Shown here piece by piece: positions 27,757 through 37,772 of a DNA stretch of 64,000 nucleotides; positions within the stretch are counted from its first letter, which is position 1, and the number at the start of each line of letters is the position of its first letter. Under the pieces are notes generated by a model, which made no database searches, had not been told where the DNA came from, and saw nothing but the letters and a program-made list of their open reading frames with translations. The stretch spans positions 1,866 to 65,865 of the forward strand of contig WRKW01000006.1 in NCBI GenBank assembly GCA_009777955.1, in the 5' to 3' direction. Position numbers and translations under genes: made by a program. Source of the DNA: Alphaproteobacteria bacterium (lineage in GTDB: Bacteria > Pseudomonadota > Alphaproteobacteria > Rs-D84).

Positions 27757-30700
27757 TTAATCCAAGCTTGTCATCACGGTATCACCAAAACAAGCCACTT
27801 TTTGGGTTCCTATATAACAACAGGTCTTGTCTTCCATATCATCACGCCATTTTTGTTCTGCCTCGTCTGCTGCTCTCTCGGCACGGTTCTTCATAATTGC
27901 CATTGTTGTTCCAAAACCAGCAAGTGTGGCAGCAGTGGTATTAATACCCATATTCCAAGCTTGATTATTACCACCCACAGTTTTTGTTATTGTTTCAGAC
28001 TGTTCTCGTAAATTTTGACAAAGTTTTTCCGCAGCTTCTTTTGCTTTACTGTGCTCATCAGTCTTAGGATGTGCCTCTATATTACAACCCGAATCTCTGC
28101 TTATTTCCGAACTAATCTCAAGCCCGGAACTTGGTATTTGGCATACATTATTTCCATCGATAGTAACATTTTTTATTTTACCTATAGCACTTTTAATTTT
28201 ATTAATACAACTATTTGCCACTTCTTTATTTTCGGCTTCTTTATTGTTATTTAATATGCCACTGCGTTTACCTTTGTTGTTTAGGACATGCGTTGTTATT
28301 GCGCCAGCACCACCAGTAAGTGCTGCAACACCTAGTGATGTTAACCACCTTCTGCCCTTTCCATCATCAAGTTCGTTTTTATGTATTCTTTTTGCAATTT
28401 CATTTATTGTATCTTCTGGAATCCAAGAACCACAATCAAATGAATCTCCCACGGCAAAAAATCTTGTGGTACCAGCACTATTGATGGATAGATGCCCACT
28501 GCCTATCGAAGTTCGATCGGACAGTATTTTTTGGATTTCACTATCTGTTGACCGCAGTTCTACAGCTATTGCACAGAAACCATCGCCTGGATCGCGACTT
28601 TCTATAAAACTTGTATTAAGCCCATTTAGCGCGTAGTTCATTCTGTCAAAATTTTTGAAATTGGTGCCCCCCGTATGCTTTACCCATGCATAAGCCAAAT
28701 TTGTACCTGAATTTCCGGACATACAACGATTGAACTCCCTTGTTTTTCTTGCACGGCGTTCTTGCTGTATTGTATCGTTCATTTCACTCAATACATCATT
28801 AAATACTTGTCCTACCGCAATTACACCTTTTTCTATTTCTACTTCGAGTGCAGGATTATTATAAGTTTCGCAAAGCTCATCCTGGCAACTAGGATCAACT
28901 TTTGTTCCACAATCACCTACGATTTTTTTATTATAACCGGCTGTACATTGTAGTTTGTTGTCTACTGATATCTGCTGTTGAACACTTATATGGGGGGCGT
29001 CAACCGCACTTCTCCAAGCATTATCAATAGAATTCGAAGTTCCCCAAGAAGGTGTATTTGATTTTGTCCGAAGCGCTTCTAACACGTCAAAATGATCTTT
29101 GCATATAGGATCATTTGTGACTGTATCATAGCAAAGACCAATAACAATCCCCCGATCCAGAGTTCCATCAGCACGTCTGCTGGTATCTATCACTGCTGGA
29201 ATCCAGTCGTCAACTCCTGTATTAAAGGCACCACCACCAGTATAGCACATGTCATAACCACTGCCACATCTATTTGTTATACAGGATTTAACAGTAGAGC
29301 GACATTGCTGACGAATCCTGTCTATTGAGCCGGCACTGAATGACGACGACAGGCGAGTGTTTAATGAAGCAATGGCTCCTGTCGGATCGCTACCAAGTTT
29401 ACATGGAGCGGTAGTGCAACAAGCGGGGGAAGTACCAGTTGAATTACTGCATTGAAACAAGTTATTGAATACATCCTCTTTATAACTAAATCCATCAAAA
29501 ACTCCATCTGCGTTTACAAACATTTCCACTTCTACAAAACGGCAACTTGGGTCATTACTTATAATTCCTTCACAACCAAGTTTAATTGCTGGACGAGTGC
29601 TAATTCCAGCGATGTCAATAGTGCCACTACTTGCCTGAGCCTGGGCGTAACATGCGGCACCGTTACCTTCGGCACAGCTATTCATTGCACATTGGACAAT
29701 CGTATCACGGCACTGTGCGCGCGCGTTTTCTACTGCTTGAGCAATAAGTTCGTCAATTTTCCTTTCCATGTTTGTTTTATTTTGACCAATAAAACGTTCG
29801 CTGAACACAAGATCAAAAATATCTTCTCTGTTTTCCTGTTTTACAAGATCGGATGGTCTTGGCGGACCGGCATCAGGAAATGTCGTCATATAGCATGCCT
29901 GGCTGGTACCAACGGTGTCTATGCACGCCCGGCTTAAAAAATCTTTGATATGTCTCATATTTATAGGTTCTAGATAACAACCCGGAGAATTAAGATCTTC
30001 GTTAGTCCTGCAATCTTTACCCTCTAATTTTCCGGCAACATCAAATGATGTTCCGGATTTGCAATAATATGGATTCGGAGTGCATGCACGCGCAAAACAC
30101 TGGTCGACCAATTTGTAACATGTTGGTACGGCATTGTTTGCGGCATATAGATTGCCTTCTCTTATCAGGGCGGCAATCCTGCTATTTGATTCATTTTCTA
30201 TCGTTAATTCTGTAAGTGTTTTGCGAGTTTTTCCTTCAAACAGTTTGCGCGCAATTGGTGTCATCACACCATTACAATCGATTTTTTCCGGCTCTTCTTC
30301 CCCCAAATTTGATCCGAATAAACCATTAATTGCATCAATCGGACATGTGGCAAGCACATCTTGGCACATGATTTTATTCTGATTAAATTCTTTGTATTGG
30401 TCGATTCCTGTGCTTTCTGCACAAAGTTCAAAGTGTTCGCCACAGACATCATCTTTTTTTAAACAATCGGTATATCTGGAAATACAACGTGCAGTAGTGG
30501 TGATTTCTGGCATCGGACGATTGCAAGAATATGGGGTGTCTTTTGGCTCATTTACTGGCACCGGAGTTATCCCTATTGTTCTGCCTATGGTTGCGCCGGC
30601 GATAGAACGTCCGCCAACAGAACCCATGGTCGGCGTTGTTGGTAAACGGCGTGGGTCATATATCAGCTGGCTGGCATCAGCCTGAGTCAGGGCATAAGGC

Positions 30701-30759
30701 ACCAGACAAAGGGCAAATAGCACCGCGCGAAACATCGAACCTGATTTTTTTATAATCAT
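27757..30759 (-). CDS. Large (~1000 aa) secreted Cys-rich protein
   Basis: AGGAG RBS, signal peptide, repeated C-x6-C-x4-C-x6/7-C motifs, two Gly/Ala/Thr hydrophobic segments near C-terminus. Confidence 0.8.
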   Translation of the reverse strand: MIIKKSGSMFRAVLFALCLVPYALTQADASQLIYDPRRLPTTPTMGSVGGRSIAGATIGRTIGITPVPVNEPKDTPYSCNRPMPEITTTARCISRYTDCLKKDDVCGEHFELCAESTGIDQYKEFNQNKIMCQDVLATCPIDAINGLFGSNLGEEEPEKIDCNGVMTPIARKLFEGKTRKTLTELTIENESNSRIAALIREGNLYAANNAVPTCYKLVDQCFARACTPNPYYCKSGTSFDVAGKLEGKDCRTNEDLNSPGCYLEPINMRHIKDFLSRACIDTVGTSQACYMTTFPDAGPPRPSDLVKQENREDIFDLVFSERFIGQNKTNMERKIDELIAQAVENARAQCRDTIVQCAMNSCAEGNGAACYAQAQASSGTIDIAGISTRPAIKLGCEGIISNDPSCRFVEVEMFVNADGVFDGFSYKEDVFNNLFQCSNSTGTSPACCTTAPCKLGSDPTGAIASLNTRLSSSFSAGSIDRIRQQCRSTVKSCITNRCGSGYDMCYTGGGAFNTGVDDWIPAVIDTSRRADGTLDRGIVIGLCYDTVTNDPICKDHFDVLEALRTKSNTPSWGTSNSIDNAWRSAVDAPHISVQQQISVDNKLQCTAGYNKKIVGDCGTKVDPSCQDELCETYNNPALEVEIEKGVIAVGQVFNDVLSEMNDTIQQERRARKTREFNRCMSGNSGTNLAYAWVKHTGGTNFKNFDRMNYALNGLNTSFIESRDPGDGFCAIAVELRSTDSEIQKILSDRTSIGSGHLSINSAGTTRFFAVGDSFDCGSWIPEDTINEIAKRIHKNELDDGKGRRWLTSLGVAALTGGAGAITTHVLNNKGKRSGILNNNKEAENKEVANSCINKIKSAIGKIKNVTIDGNNVCQIPSSGLEISSEISRDSGCNIEAHPKTDEHSKAKEAAEKLCQNLREQSETITKTVGGNNQAWNMGINTTAATLAGFGTTMAIMKNRAERAADEAEQKWRDDMEDKTCCYIGTQKVACFGDTVMTSLD

Positions 30760-31103
30760 ATTCTTCTCTCCTGGACTTGTCCCAAAAGCACAATGTGCAA
30801 AAGGAACCCCAAAAATGGCGCATAACATACATTATGTATATTTGCGATTGCGCCAAAACGACCAAAAACCGCTGTTTGGTTCTGGCATGTACATTCCATT
30901 CCATATCATTTTATCATATTCAGGGTTATTGCACAAATGAAAAATAATGAAAAACAAAACAGATATTGAAACCTATTTCTATCGACTCACAATTACATAT
31001 CGTGCTCTTTTTAACAGAAATTTTAGCAATGGGGTGGGTATTACCCGTTCTTTCTGCCACACTTTACAACCAAACTGGTGCACTTCAAATCATAATCCAC
31101 AAC

Positions 31104-31153
31104 GTATTAATTATTCACTATTCATTATTCATTCAAAAAACGGAAAGCATTAC
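31104..31153 (-). repeat. AATGAAT-heptamer element, partial copy
   Basis: Reverse strand gtaatgctttccgttttttgaatgaataatgaatagtgaataattaatac. Confidence 0.6.
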
Positions 31154-31256
31154 AATGTTGTGCGCAAAAACGTTTAAAATAATTTTTTCTAAATCAGAAC
31201 ACTTATCCATTTGTTATCTGGATTTTTTATGATATTATCCGAAAAAGGACACAGGA

Positions 31257-31799
31257 ATGGAATTTTTTGAAATCGCTTTGGCGGTCATGCTTATAGTTTT
31301 GGCGGTCAGTATGATATCGCTGTCAGTATCCGCCAGGGCAAGCCAGCGCATAAAGGCCATGGAACTGTTATTGGCGCGACAATCCGCTGTACTTGTAAAA
31401 ACCCAGGGAATCTACCGCGCGCGCGCGGCGGCGGAAATTATCGCGCAAAACGCGGACATGTTATACCAAGACCTATTACAGCACATACTGCCCATTACAC
31501 GTGCACTTGAAATCCAGCCACGCGACACGGCGGAACATCCCCTGTGGCAAACTTTGGGTGGAATGGTCGATGAATATGCGAAAAATCCCTATGTATTGGA
31601 AAATTTGCGCAAGATGATAAAGCTTGATCCAGACACAGCACGCAGTGCGGATGCGTTTTTGACCCGGGCTGAAAAACTGTTGCGCCATTTGTCGGACAAT
31701 GATCCAGATGGCTTGTTGGCATCTGCATTTGCCGACGGCCTGCTTGGTCAAATCGTGACTTTGCTATTCCAGGCGAAACAACTTGCAAAAGATAACTAG
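31257..31799 (+). CDS. Membrane-anchored hypothetical protein
   Basis: N-terminal TM helix, helical soluble domain, AAGGA RBS. Confidence 0.7.
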   Translation: MEFFEIALAVMLIVLAVSMISLSVSARASQRIKAMELLLARQSAVLVKTQGIYRARAAAEIIAQNADMLYQDLLQHILPITRALEIQPRDTAEHPLWQTLGGMVDEYAKNPYVLENLRKMIKLDPDTARSADAFLTRAEKLLRHLSDNDPDGLLASAFADGLLGQIVTLLFQAKQLAKDN

Positions 31800-32197
31800 G
31801 CTTTGCCGACGCAATAGTTTTCACAATCAGCCATGCAATCTTCTGGTAATCCATAATCCCGTAAAAACATCCAGTCGCCGCTTTCATCATATTTGCACCA
31901 GCATTTTCCACCCGATTCGTCTTCTGGAATATCTATACCTTCATCAGAAATAGAACATGTCGCGAATATTATTTGTTCGTTTGTATTTTCGATCTCATAT
32001 ACCTTTTCCCTGCGATTGCGCGCAATTATGCTTTTGTACTTATCTTTTATATATTCTGATGTTTTTTCATACAATTGTTCTGCACCCGGAAATTTGTCTG
32101 AAAAATAAGCCTGGTTGCCAGATATATAGTTCCAAATAACAAACACCCCGCTTGCCAAAGCCAACAGGAAAGAAAGCCTGATTATCAGTTTTTTCAT
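31796..32197 (-). CDS. Membrane-anchored protein with CWC..W..CxxxCxxxC domain
   Basis: GKCWCKYDESGDWMFLRDYGLPEDCMADCENYC shares Cys spacing with the DGR-target family. Confidence 0.7.
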   Translation of the reverse strand: MKKLIIRLSFLLALASGVFVIWNYISGNQAYFSDKFPGAEQLYEKTSEYIKDKYKSIIARNRREKVYEIENTNEQIIFATCSISDEGIDIPEDESGGKCWCKYDESGDWMFLRDYGLPEDCMADCENYCVGKA

Positions 32198-32272
32198 ATC
32201 TCTCTACCTCTGGCTATATTTTACACGATTTTTTAGACAAATGCGAATCGTTTTGTTATAATCCCGAACAAC

Positions 32273-33595
32273 ATGTTATCCGAACAAACCATCATATCTA
32301 TTTCCACAAAACGAACCGAACCAAAATGGCTGCTGGACTGGCGATTGGCGGCATTCGCACAATGGAAAAAAATGAAAGAACCGCACTGGGCGGAAATCGA
32401 CTATGAAGCCATTGATTATGATTCGCTTAATTATTACAAAGAACCCGCACCAATAGATAACACCGACCTGAAATCGGTTTATGAAAAAATGGGTCTTCCA
32501 GAGGCGGAACAACGCGCGCTGATGGGGATGGCGACGGACATCGTGGTCGATAGCCGCAGCGTGCATACTTCATATACCGCGGAACTTGAACGTCTGGGCA
32601 TAATATTCATGCCTTTTTCAGAGGCGGTTGAAAAACATCCCGATCTGGTGCGAAAATATCTGGGGAAAGTCGTACCGGCGGCTGATAATTTTTTTGCGGC
32701 ACTGAATGCGGCCGTATTTTCTGATGGAACATTCGTATATATCCCGCCAGATACCAAATGTCCGATTGACCTGGCCAGCTATTTCCGCATAGAAACCGCA
32801 AAAATAGGTCAATTCGAACGAACGCTTATAGTGGCCGAAGCTGGATCGGAATTATCATATCTGGAAGGGTGCAGCGCCCCCCGTCGCCCGAATCATCAAC
32901 TGCACAGCGGGGTCGTCGAAGTCATAGTTATGAAAGGCGCGACTGTCAAATATGCGACCGTGCAGAACTGGTATGCGGGCGACAAGACCGGAACCGGCGG
33001 AATTATTAACTTTGTAACAAAGCGTGGACGGGTTGATGCAAACGCACAACTATTGTGGACACAGGTGGAAATAGGCAGCGCGATGACCTGGAAATATCCG
33101 TCGTCGATACTCGCGGGGAACAAAGCACACAGCGATTTTTATTCGCTATCCATTACCCGGGGAATCCAGCAGGCCGATACTGGAACAAGAATGATTCATA
33201 TCGGAAACGAATCGACATCCAACATAGTTTCATACGGGGTCGCATTGGAAAATTCCCGGCAGACCTTTCGTTCACAGGTTATCTTTGCGCCGGGAACCCG
33301 CCTGGCTAAGAATGCAACCAAATGCGACAGCAGAATAATAGGCTCTGCGGCGATTGCAAATACTTTCCCAACCATAATTCATAATAATGGCGAAAATGAC
33401 CAATCGCACGAAGCGACTACCGGGGCGGTGCCGGCGGATGCCCTGCTCTATCTTTCACAGGCCGGAATTCCGACCGATACGGCCACAGCACTTATAATAT
33501 CCGGGGCAGCCGCGCCCGTAATATCACGCCTGCCCATGGAGTTTTTGGTAGAATCAAAACAGCTTATCCAAATGGCTTTGAACAAAAGAGAATAA
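32273..33595 (+). CDS. sufB: Fe-S cluster assembly scaffold SufB
   Basis: EPKWLLDWRL, FAALNAAVFSDGTFVYIP, GQFERTL, YLEGCSAP, QQADTG, CDS, HEAT, LPMEF. Confidence 0.92.
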   Translation: MLSEQTIISISTKRTEPKWLLDWRLAAFAQWKKMKEPHWAEIDYEAIDYDSLNYYKEPAPIDNTDLKSVYEKMGLPEAEQRALMGMATDIVVDSRSVHTSYTAELERLGIIFMPFSEAVEKHPDLVRKYLGKVVPAADNFFAALNAAVFSDGTFVYIPPDTKCPIDLASYFRIETAKIGQFERTLIVAEAGSELSYLEGCSAPRRPNHQLHSGVVEVIVMKGATVKYATVQNWYAGDKTGTGGIINFVTKRGRVDANAQLLWTQVEIGSAMTWKYPSSILAGNKAHSDFYSLSITRGIQQADTGTRMIHIGNESTSNIVSYGVALENSRQTFRSQVIFAPGTRLAKNATKCDSRIIGSAAIANTFPTIIHNNGENDQSHEATTGAVPADALLYLSQAGIPTDTATALIISGAAAPVISRLPMEFLVESKQLIQMALNKRE

Positions 33596-33596
33596 A

Positions 33597-34265
33597 ATGT
33601 TGCTATCGATTAAAAATCTTTCCGTATCACTGGATGGCAAAGAGTTGCTGAAAGATATCAATCTTGACATAGCCGCAAATGCACGGCATCTGCTGTACGG
33701 ACAAAACGGATCCGGCAAGACCAGTCTGGTTCAGACCATTGCCGGAAATCCAGATTATAGAACCACCGCCGGCAAGATAATATTTGAAAAGCATAATTTT
33801 ACGGATATGGCAGCGGACGAGCGTGCAAGAAAAGGACTTTTCCTTGGTGCACAACATGTGCCTGAAATTCCTGGTTTATCGGTAACTTCATTTCTGAAAC
33901 ATTCCATGGCGGCACATTACCCAAAATTAACCGCGGGCGAATTTTTTAAAAAACTGGCAACAGCGCGCGACAGGATTTCTATTCCTGAATCTTGGTTGAC
34001 CCGCAGCATTAATACAGGTTTTTCAGGCGGGGAACGCAAACGCCTTATGTTCATGCACCTTATCCTGGTGCGACCAAAACTTGCAATATTGGACGAACCC
34101 GATTCCGGGGTGGATAACGATACCCAAAAGCTATTCGCGGAAATTATTGCTGAAATGAACCAAAATGGCACAGCTTTTCTTGTAATATCTCACCAAGAAA
34201 AATTTACAAAAATCTTCAATCCAACCGCAACTACTACTTTATCCGGCGGAAAAATTGTGGTATAA
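33597..34265 (+). CDS. sufC: Fe-S cluster assembly ATPase SufC
   Basis: GQNGSGKT, PEIPG, RSINTGFSGGERKR, ILDEPDSGVD. Confidence 0.9.
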   Translation: MLLSIKNLSVSLDGKELLKDINLDIAANARHLLYGQNGSGKTSLVQTIAGNPDYRTTAGKIIFEKHNFTDMAADERARKGLFLGAQHVPEIPGLSVTSFLKHSMAAHYPKLTAGEFFKKLATARDRISIPESWLTRSINTGFSGGERKRLMFMHLILVRPKLAILDEPDSGVDNDTQKLFAEIIAEMNQNGTAFLVISHQEKFTKIFNPTATTTLSGGKIVV

Positions 34266-34290
34266 TGCAATATTATCTAAGGAGAAAAAA

Positions 34291-35301
34291 ATGCCAATTA
34301 AAAAAGTAATAAAGAAAAGTTCTATCGCAAAGACCCCGTCTGGCAAGCCCGCCAAAACAACAACCGGATCGCAGACGGTTGCACGGCCGCAAACATTGTC
34401 TGCATGGTTATTTAAATGGCCATTGAAATTTTCTTTGCTGGTGCTGGTATTCGCTATTATAAGTTCTTTGATAATCGGACTTACGGCGACGTTACAAATA
34501 AAGGCGGTTACAACCGCAACCACAGTCATAATGCTTGCGGCCAGTGCGTATATTTTGTTAAGACAATCAATAAAATACGCCGGATCCGATTTGTTGGATC
34601 GCCGTGGGTTTCTGATTATAGACATAGGAATCGCGCTTGTCGCCCTTTGTTATTACACTTTGTTCTATGTGCTGGGTCTGCTTATCAGCAGCGATACCAT
34701 AATATTTATTGTGTATACCCTTATGGCAAAGTCAGCATTGTTGTATTACGCAGCACTGATGCCATTTGCGATTATAGCATTGTATATTATCGGTCTTTCA
34801 GTTTTCAATGTTATCGCGATTTACAAATATGCGCGTAATTTTGGTATTCCGAAACTGCCGCTGTTGCTGTCGGTACCATTTGGTATAAGTTTTCTGGGAT
34901 ACCCGGCATACTTTGTGGATTCTCCGAAAGCCGCCACATTACCGGTAAAATCAAAGTGGTTCAACAATCTTATTGACTGGGTCATGCGCGCGCCGCTACA
35001 CGGGTTGGCCGGATTGTTGTTTACAACCCTTGCTTTCGTGTTTTTTATGAATATTTCCGTTTCCTTGTTGCTTGCGGCATCCCTGGTGGCGTTCTTTATA
35101 ATGATGCGGATATACGGCCCAAAAAACCTGGCTTCCAAAGGAACCAAATACCTGATATTCGGGGCAATCGCGGTCAACGTGCTGTATATATTGATATTGT
35201 TGTATTCCGCTATGGGTACCCCGGCGGCCAAACATATTGATATTTCAGACATAGTATCCATAGAACAGTCTGAAAATATCGAAGTAATAGATGTAAGATA
35301 A
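34291..35301 (+). CDS. Multi-pass membrane hypothetical protein
   Basis: AAGGAG RBS, basic N-terminus, ~8 TM segments. Confidence 0.7.
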   Translation: MPIKKVIKKSSIAKTPSGKPAKTTTGSQTVARPQTLSAWLFKWPLKFSLLVLVFAIISSLIIGLTATLQIKAVTTATTVIMLAASAYILLRQSIKYAGSDLLDRRGFLIIDIGIALVALCYYTLFYVLGLLISSDTIIFIVYTLMAKSALLYYAALMPFAIIALYIIGLSVFNVIAIYKYARNFGIPKLPLLLSVPFGISFLGYPAYFVDSPKAATLPVKSKWFNNLIDWVMRAPLHGLAGLLFTTLAFVFFMNISVSLLLAASLVAFFIMMRIYGPKNLASKGTKYLIFGAIAVNVLYILILLYSAMGTPAAKHIDISDIVSIEQSENIEVIDVR

Positions 35302-35371
35302 TCGTGCCTGTACCCGCAGACGCGCCCATGGTACCGGGCGTGGGCGCGGGTACGTACACGGATGCGAAAAA

Positions 35372-36478
35372 ATGAATTCAATTATAATATTTATTGGCGC
35401 GATTGGCATATTGTATGTTGGTCGTACGATTTTTATTCCATTGCTGATCGCGGCATTTCTTTGGTATCTTTTGAATGCAATTGCCGCATACTATCGGAAA
35501 GTCCTTCCCGTTTTTAAAACCGAAATATTACCGCCGCCAATCCAAAAACGCGGGGTTAAGGCAACATTACGTTCAAAACCGATAATCTGTGCATTATGCA
35601 AAACCGGAAATTTCGTTTTTGATTTCCTTTCGTTCCTTTTGTCTATGGCGACGTTCGGCGGATTTGTTTATGCATTTGTAACGCACATACGACCGGCTTT
35701 CGCAGGACTTGTCGCACGACTGCCAGAACTGCAAGAAAGGTTTTTAATGCTGCAAACCTATGTGTCGGAACAATTCGGATTGGATATAGATACTTCTGTA
35801 ATGCCCGATACCGGTGCCATGATATCATCTTTGGGGGCAAGCGTGACGCAATTTTCAACGGTATTGGGTCTGGTTCTGGTCTATATACTTTTCATGTATA
35901 TAGAACAAAGCACTTTTCCAAAAAAGTTTTCGGCTCTATTTCCGGAAAAAAATCAATTCAGTAAAATGCGGTACATATTAAAGTCCATTGATGACAACAT
36001 GAAAAAATACATGTTCGTAAAGACCTTTATATCGGCTTTGACAGCAGTATCGTCATATTTGTTGATGGATTACATGGGTCTGGAATTCGCAGGCGTATGG
36101 GCATTTATAATATTTATAATGAACTATATCCCGACATTTGGAACAATCATAGCGGTGACTTTGCCGATACTGTATTCTCTTATCACGGGAACGGATACGA
36201 ACCAGACCATCATGATAGCATCGGGTCTTATCGGCGTTCAGATACTGTTCAGCAATATAATAGAACCAAAAATGACGGGCAAGACACTGAATCTTTCGAC
36301 ACTGGCAATACTTATAAACCTTGTATTCTGGGGAATGCTGTGGGGACCGGTCGGAATGTTTTTCAGCGTACCCCTTTTGGTCGCGACATTCATAATCGCA
36401 TCGCAATTCGATTCTACGCGCTGGGTTGCGATACTTCTTTCCGCAAATGGGGAAATTCCAGAAAAAAAGGGAGAATAG
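35372..36478 (+). CDS. AI-2E family transporter
   Basis: IFIPLLIA, NYIPTFG, NIIEPKMTGKTLNLS, FWGMLWGPVGMFFSVPL. Confidence 0.9.
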   Translation: MNSIIIFIGAIGILYVGRTIFIPLLIAAFLWYLLNAIAAYYRKVLPVFKTEILPPPIQKRGVKATLRSKPIICALCKTGNFVFDFLSFLLSMATFGGFVYAFVTHIRPAFAGLVARLPELQERFLMLQTYVSEQFGLDIDTSVMPDTGAMISSLGASVTQFSTVLGLVLVYILFMYIEQSTFPKKFSALFPEKNQFSKMRYILKSIDDNMKKYMFVKTFISALTAVSSYLLMDYMGLEFAGVWAFIIFIMNYIPTFGTIIAVTLPILYSLITGTDTNQTIMIASGLIGVQILFSNIIEPKMTGKTLNLSTLAILINLVFWGMLWGPVGMFFSVPLLVATFIIASQFDSTRWVAILLSANGEIPEKKGE

Positions 36479-36485
36479 GTAATTA

Positions 36486-36531
36486 ATTTATGATTTAGGG
36501 GTCGGATATTTCCGACCCCTAAATCATAAAT
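36486..36531. terminator. Perfect 21-bp hairpin between convergent genes
   Basis: atttatgatttaggggtcgga-tatt-tccgacccctaaatcataaat. Confidence 0.7.
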
Positions 36532-37673
36532 CAAAACAGTCCGCGCTTTTTTTTCTGCGCAATTTCCGCAAATTCTTCCAGTGCTTTCTTTTGCTTGTCA
36601 GAAAGCTTTTTTGGAACTTCTGTTTCAATATCCAGATACAAATCGCCACGGTCGGCGGTACCATTTCGGCTTTGGCTTATAATCGGCATGCCCTGGCCGC
36701 GCATACGCATGCGTTCGCCTATTTGCGTTCCCGCGGGAATTTTTACAGCCACTGTCTTTTCTTCTATTGTCTGAACGTCAATTTCCCCACCCAAAGCAAG
36801 CGTAGTAAACGGAATATTCGCGCGCATATACAGATCATCACCGTCACGTTCAAAAACTTTGTCCGGACGAATCCGCACATCAATATAAAAATCGCCGGGT
36901 TTGCCGCCAAGCGGGCTTGCCTCTCCCTGACCTGTCAAACGCAGTCGCGCACCGTCACTACACCCGGCTGGAATTTTGACTTCTAACTCTCGCTGTTTAT
37001 GCGTAACACCAGCATCACAATGGCTACACCGGTTTTTTATTCTGCGGCCAGAGCCATGACATTCATGACAGGGCGATTCCATAGCAAAAATACCATTGCG
37101 CGTACGCACAAACCCGCTGCCACCGCAAACTTCACAAGCCGGGGCCGACTTTCCATCCGCAGTTCCAAATCCGCCGCATTTTTCACATTTTACGTTGGTA
37201 GAAAATTTTACGGTTTCGGTTTTTCCTGTAAACGCTTCGCGCAGGGAAATAACAACCTGATGAAGCAGGTCACGTCCGCGCATCTCGGGCGCGGCACGCT
37301 TGCGCCCCGCCCCTGTCCGACCGGAACCACCGAACGCGTTGCGCAACATTTCATCCATCATTTCAGACATATCCACATTGCCGAAACCAAAATTAAAGTT
37401 TCCACCCCCGAATGGATTTCCATTAAATCCGCCGCCGGATCCATTTCCGCCCGCAAACGCCGCATCGCCAAACCGGTCGTACGCGGCTTTCTTTTGGGGA
37501 TCTTTCAGAATATCAAAAGCATTATTTACTTCTTTAAATTTTTCTTCGGCCGCCTTGTCCCCGGCGTTTTTATCGGGGTGACACTTTAACACCAGCCTGT
37601 GATAGGCTTTTTTAATCTCGGCATCTGACGCATTTCGCGCCACGCCCAAAACTTCATACGGATTTTTATTCAT
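36531..37673 (-). CDS. dnaJ: Chaperone DnaJ
   Basis: J domain HPD, G/F region, four CxxCxGxG-type zinc motifs. Confidence 0.95.
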   Translation of the reverse strand: MNKNPYEVLGVARNASDAEIKKAYHRLVLKCHPDKNAGDKAAEEKFKEVNNAFDILKDPQKKAAYDRFGDAAFAGGNGSGGGFNGNPFGGGNFNFGFGNVDMSEMMDEMLRNAFGGSGRTGAGRKRAAPEMRGRDLLHQVVISLREAFTGKTETVKFSTNVKCEKCGGFGTADGKSAPACEVCGGSGFVRTRNGIFAMESPCHECHGSGRRIKNRCSHCDAGVTHKQRELEVKIPAGCSDGARLRLTGQGEASPLGGKPGDFYIDVRIRPDKVFERDGDDLYMRANIPFTTLALGGEIDVQTIEEKTVAVKIPAGTQIGERMRMRGQGMPIISQSRNGTADRGDLYLDIETEVPKKLSDKQKKALEEFAEIAQKKKRGLF

Positions 37674-37772
37674 TGACAGTCACTGGGGTTTATTGCCAGA
37701 TATATAATAAATCTGGCGCGAAAATCAAGCCACTTGCAATTTTTTTTATATTCCGTTATATTGTCCCCCGTC

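Noticed and set aside
30947-31232. Two short overlapping ORFs
   Set aside because: AT-rich intergenic region containing the AATGAAT repeat; no RBS or motif support.
35303-35360. GC-rich imperfect hairpin as tRNA or ncRNA
   Set aside because: No cloverleaf or known RNA motif; likely a terminator-like or repeat remnant.
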